Part shown: positions 55,062 through 58,709 of the stretch, piece after piece | How the letters are laid out: each line of letters starts with the position of its first letter | Numbering within the stretch: position 1 is the first letter of the stretch | Virus record (IMG/VR): IMGVR_UViG_3300027759_000102 | Coordinates: 1 to 58,709 of that record | Length of the DNA: 58,709 bases | Source: a virus | Lineage: Duplodnaviria; Caudoviricetes | Strand: one strand, 5' to 3' | Position numbers and translations under genes: made by a program | The notes under the pieces: generated by a model | What the model saw: only the letters and a program-made list of their open reading frames with translations | Told to the model about the DNA's origin: nothing | Database searches by the model: none

Positions 55062-57164
55062 TTACCTCCTCCCGTCAGGACGAACATCTATACGGGTAGC
55101 ACCTAACTGCCAAGTTACGCCAACGGTATCGGACTCAATCTTAAACGCCATTTGTCTGCCGCGAATCCTTGTGTACACCTGTTCTGTGTATTGTTCTACT
55201 GGGTAGGCTACGGTATTGATAACAGCGTTAGGGTCAGGAGCGCCGTAAGCTGCACCAGAAGCTTGTCTTGGCTTAACAACAATCATTAGCTGAGGTGATG
55301 TAGCGGTAGACCCTGAGAACGTAACGTCAGGAATCATACGCCATACAAACCCAAAGTTATGCCCGTCGCCAATGTCAAAGTCCGAAGATTGTATATACGC
55401 ATCAATAGCAACCGGCGTAGCGCCTGAGTTGTCGTCAATCCCGTCTTCGTGATACATCACTTGGTTATACGGCTTGTAGAGAACCGATGAATACTGAACG
55501 TGGGTAGCCGCCGTTGTGCTATTAACACCTCTAATACATCCAGTTAAAGCGTTATTGGATACCCCAGTATAGGTAATGTCCTCAGAATCAATAGTTACCG
55601 TTCCAGCAGAGGGATATGAAGTGCCATCTATAAGGTTAATCTGTGTTGCCGCAGCCGTTAGAGCTACACCAAGATACGAGTTTTGAACGCTAAACGACCC
55701 CATTGGGAAACTACGTAACGGGCTATCTAGCCAAGCCGTGCGGTTCATTGTGCCGTAATACCACGTATCTTCTAAGTAGTTGTAGATTACGTAGCTATCA
55801 TTGACGTTGCTTCCAAGAGATGGGTAGAACCACCATACTTCGTTCCATGCTTCGTTTGCACCGCACACAACTTGATACGCTTGGTCTTGGTTTAAGTTAT
55901 TAAATACAAACTGCCGCAACGTGCAGGATAGTGTTTGCACCCGACCAGAATACATATAGAACTTATCTACACCCATCCAATAAGCAACTGTATTAACCAC
56001 AATCATGGAGTTAGGCGATATAACAGATATGTTATCCATTAATAAATTAAAGCCCCAAACATACGGTGGCCCTAGATACTGCATTGAATACAGCGAAGCA
56101 TCTGTCCAGATTAAAATCTCTTGACGACCGTTACGAGCCGCTACAATGGTTGACCCGCCCGTCAGCGCGTATTCACCAGACTGATTGGTAACCGCCGGAA
56201 TCCATTGGTAAGGATTCTCTTGATCTGACCAACGAACTAACATTGGGTTAAACACTGTTTCAGAATTAGTTGGGTCGTACGGATTAGAACCCATCACAAT
56301 TGTAAATCGTTGTGCATCAGAGGCAACAATCTGTAGCACCGTGTTAGGCACAAACGTGCCATCATAGCCATTTGTTGTTGCTACAGAGGCAAGCTCTAAA
56401 GCGCGTAACCATGTAGTTGTATCTGCTTCCCAATAGTATAAAGCGCCACCACGAGGGGCAAACAGCAAGTCTTCCCCAAAGTTGTCCATAGACCACAGCC
56501 GTAACTGAGAACCAACAGTTACTGTAGCCGCTGAACCCCACCCGCCTCTACCCCATGTTCCAGCACCCCAACCTGTGCCGGTTGTGTACACAGAGTTACC
56601 TGCATTGATCTGATAGTTAGCAACCACAGAAGACCCACCACCTGTAGCCGTTGAAGATGCCGCAGTTGAGTGAACAATGGTGAAAGAGTTACCGTCTGGA
56701 ATGGTAACGATCTCGTATTCGCCGCTAATTGTTATACCGCCTACAGCAGTAGCACCTGAGAATGTTACCCATGTGCCTTCATTCGTGTTGTGGGCTGTTG
56801 CCGTTATAGTGACTAACAAAGAACCGGAGGTAGTAGCGATTGGGTTTGCACCAAGCGTTACAGGAGATGCTGCTGTTAGCGGAGTAATGTCATGGTAAAA
56901 CCCGCCATTTTCAACGTAGAACTTTTGGTTAGTTCCTAGCGCCATTAGGTTCTGGAAAGCCAGAGTTACCCACACCCACATGTTACGAGCTACACCTTTA
57001 AAGGTATACGTTCTAGGGTCAGATATGCTTGTCCATCCACCGATCTTTTGCGGGAATCCTGAACGAAAGCGCACCTTCTCAGACTCCCACCAACCGCCTT
57101 CATTAGCGTAATTGGTAGATTCTCTGTTGACCCCTGCTTTAAACTGTAGCTTCTGTAATGGCAT
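55062..57164 (-). CDS. Tail nozzle / tail tubular B (P22 gp10-like beta-propeller)
   Basis: VRFR.G.PQKIGGW, WS.DNFGE.L, VRWSDQE, EVWWFYPS and R.RGRQ...G..R.D..PDGRR motifs. Confidence 0.8.
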   Translation of the reverse strand: MPLQKLQFKAGVNRESTNYANEGGWWESEKVRFRSGFPQKIGGWTSISDPRTYTFKGVARNMWVWVTLAFQNLMALGTNQKFYVENGGFYHDITPLTAASPVTLGANPIATTSGSLLVTITATAHNTNEGTWVTFSGATAVGGITISGEYEIVTIPDGNSFTIVHSTAASSTATGGGSSVVANYQINAGNSVYTTGTGWGAGTWGRGGWGSAATVTVGSQLRLWSMDNFGEDLLFAPRGGALYYWEADTTTWLRALELASVATTNGYDGTFVPNTVLQIVASDAQRFTIVMGSNPYDPTNSETVFNPMLVRWSDQENPYQWIPAVTNQSGEYALTGGSTIVAARNGRQEILIWTDASLYSMQYLGPPYVWGFNLLMDNISVISPNSMIVVNTVAYWMGVDKFYMYSGRVQTLSCTLRQFVFNNLNQDQAYQVVCGANEAWNEVWWFYPSLGSNVNDSYVIYNYLEDTWYYGTMNRTAWLDSPLRSFPMGSFSVQNSYLGVALTAAATQINLIDGTSYPSAGTVTIDSEDITYTGVSNNALTGCIRGVNSTTAATHVQYSSVLYKPYNQVMYHEDGIDDNSGATPVAIDAYIQSSDFDIGDGHNFGFVWRMIPDVTFSGSTATSPQLMIVVKPRQASGAAYGAPDPNAVINTVAYPVEQYTEQVYTRIRGRQMAFKIESDTVGVTWQLGATRIDVRPDGRR

Positions 57165-57166
57165 GA

Positions 57167-57703
57167 TTAGGCAACCATAGTAACTGCTTTAGCTTCAACA
57201 TCTGCAACGCGCTTTAACCAACCCTTACCATACGTAACAAACGTAGATAACGATCTATAGAAGTCTTCCTTAGCTTTACTAAACTTAGGCAGTAACTCTA
57301 TCGGTGGCACGGAGTTAATTGCTCTCATCGTAGCTGGCCCCATAGCACCATCGGCTACTGCACCTACAGCCTTTTGGAGTAACTTTACAGATGCTCGTGG
57401 CCCAGCATTGATAGCAAAGTCAAATGCAGCGTAGTCAGTTCCCGCAGGTAGTTGATCCCCACACACTGCATCCCAATAGTTCTTCTTATACAAAGGCTTA
57501 ACATCTTCTTTCTTTAGAGCCTTCATGTCATCCTGCGTAACTTTCTTGCCAATATGTGCTTCCCAGTTAGCCTGAGTGCAGCCCCACATCGTGCAGCCTT
57601 TACGCCCATCGGGTAACTTATTGCCCGGATCACGCTCGTCATTAGTAAACCCACCCTCGTGAGCAATCACTAACTCAAATGCTTTATCCCAGTTTTCTTT
57701 CAT
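57167..57703 (-). CDS. Endolysin, glycoside hydrolase family 108 with peptidoglycan-binding domain
   Basis: HEGG....DPG, YW, FDFAINAG, DG.MGPAT and GWLKR motifs. Confidence 0.9.
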   Translation of the reverse strand: MKENWDKAFELVIAHEGGFTNDERDPGNKLPDGRKGCTMWGCTQANWEAHIGKKVTQDDMKALKKEDVKPLYKKNYWDAVCGDQLPAGTDYAAFDFAINAGPRASVKLLQKAVGAVADGAMGPATMRAINSVPPIELLPKFSKAKEDFYRSLSTFVTYGKGWLKRVADVEAKAVTMVA

Positions 57704-58110
57704 TGCTTGCCCTTCATATCAATGATTTTTTCTAGTGTGCGCCCACCGAAGTAGAACGACATAATGAGCATACCCCACTGCCCTAGAAGCTCTACGTAGC
57801 GTTCATTGGTATCTAGATCAAACGCACTCATCATAGCGAATATAAAATACCCTGTAATGATGGCTATCAACGTCATCGGGCGTATGTTTTTACTCAGCCA
57901 AGAGTCTGAACCCATGTCAGCCTTGAGGCGGTCTGTGAGGTTCGTCTGCTCAAGTTCATATAGCTTGGTGTCGTTAGCCATCTTCTGCAAGTCACCATTC
58001 TGCGCCATCTGAGCAAGTTCTAGCTGTGCCTTAGCCTTAGCTTCTGGATCGGGTATCAACTTGTCGATCAGTTTGCCGCCAATGCCTAGTAATGCGTCTA
58101 ATCCAAACAT
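57700..58110 (-). CDS. Holin (3TM, GTA-type)
   Basis: LIDKLIPDP, D..SDSWL.KNIRP and FYFGGR..EK motifs; adjacent to the endolysin. Confidence 0.8.
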   Translation of the reverse strand: MFGLDALLGIGGKLIDKLIPDPEAKAKAQLELAQMAQNGDLQKMANDTKLYELEQTNLTDRLKADMGSDSWLSKNIRPMTLIAIITGYFIFAMMSAFDLDTNERYVELLGQWGMLIMSFYFGGRTLEKIIDMKGKQ

Positions 58111-58111
58111 A

Positions 58112-58387
58112 TCATTTACCCTCTAAAAATTCATCCAGTAAAGCCCGAAACTCTAAACTATCCGCAGTGCCTAAAACCGCCGCTTCATTTTCTTTAATCA
58201 ACATTAACTGAGACTTGTTACATCCCGCACCGTTCTTTTTAAGCCAATCTAAAGTAAGTCTATATCTTTGCTCTGGGTTATGTGTAGCTAATGCTATGTA
58301 TTTAAAGGTCGCAAGACTGCATTTATTGTCTGCCCACGCTATGAACAAACAACAAGTTGTTATGGGTATGATTAAAAGCCATTTCAT
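58112..58387 (-). CDS. Signal-peptide-bearing small protein of the lysis region
   Basis: Hydrophobic N-terminus and a further Cys pair; ATGA overlap. Confidence 0.6.
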   Translation of the reverse strand: MKWLLIIPITTCCLFIAWADNKCSLATFKYIALATHNPEQRYRLTLDWLKKNGAGCNKSQLMLIKENEAAVLGTADSLEFRALLDEFLEGK

Positions 58388-58709
58388 TTAGCCAGTTCTG
58401 TCGATGCTAGATTAATCCGTGTTTTGACTGCCGTTAAATCTTGCGGTTCTTTCTTGAACCCTACTGCTATATACCCTGCAAACTCACCCACTGGAGGCGG
58501 TATTGAACCGCGACAGACAAAGGTAACGCCTTGCTTAGACTCCCACTCGCTAGACTTGCCCGTTACAACTAAAGGGTTACATGCAACTTCACCTGCAAGC
58601 ATTTGAATTACAGCACTATTACGAGAAGGGTCAGCGCCAAATAAACTAGAAACCATCCCATCTAAACTCCTATCAATACCTTTTTCAGACAACGCAAACA
58701 TCGTTACCC
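58384..58709 (-). CDS. Lysis-region hypothetical protein, 5' end probably outside the window
   Basis: The frame is open to the window edge; CRGSIPP..G.F.GYI.VGF motif. Confidence 0.6.
   Translation of the reverse strand, partial: VTMFALSEKGIDRSLDGMVSSLFGADPSRNSAVIQMLAGEVACNPLVVTGKSSEWESKQGVTFVCRGSIPPPVGEFAGYIAVGFKKEPQDLTAVKTRINLASTELAK

Noticed and set aside
39039-58709. Numerous plus-strand ORFs antisense to the late genes (e.g. 41368, 44701, 51485)
   Set aside because: They are shadow frames of long minus-strand genes, with compositions such as poly-W/R that mirror Pro codons.
1-58709. Stop-codon reassignment, introns or inteins, or prophage att sites
   Set aside because: Genes tile densely in the standard code, terL, polymerase and helicase show no intein or intron-sized insertions, and I saw no integrase or host genes.

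Overview
The window is most of the genome of a tailed dsDNA phage (Caudoviricetes) with podovirus-like P22/T7-type virion modules. It looks circularly permuted and is open at both ends inside the late operon. It has three blocks. (1) Minus strand 1-17279: terminases, portal, GroES, scaffold, major capsid, small basic virion-associated proteins, a glycosyltransferase, neck adaptors and tail proteins. (2) Plus strand 17648-38965: early/host-interaction genes (M28-type peptidase, MoxR-like AAA+ ATPase with a VWA-metallopeptidase) and replication genes (family A polymerase, PD-(D/E)XK nuclease, SNF2-type helicase, putative SSB, primase-helicase). (3) Minus strand 39039-58709: ejection/internal virion proteins, GNAT, tail nozzle, GH108 endolysin and holin. 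I saw no integrase, RNA polymerase, tRNA or CRISPR array. The most unusual part is the largely non-coding divergence region and early arm (about 17.3-23.5 kb). It holds a G-quadruplex-type tract, an iteron/AT-rich origin-like element, two sigma70 promoters, an rrn-type boxA and about 500 nt of densely structured putative ncRNA with a 6S-like rod. It also carries nine copies of a palindrome with consensus CGGACAWTGTCCG and four co-oriented copies of AAAAACTGGCGAT. A second notable pattern is a recurring [MYFAI]-x-x-G-G peptide motif shared by several unrelated virion-module proteins. All product calls come from visual motif recognition; no searches or folding programs were run.
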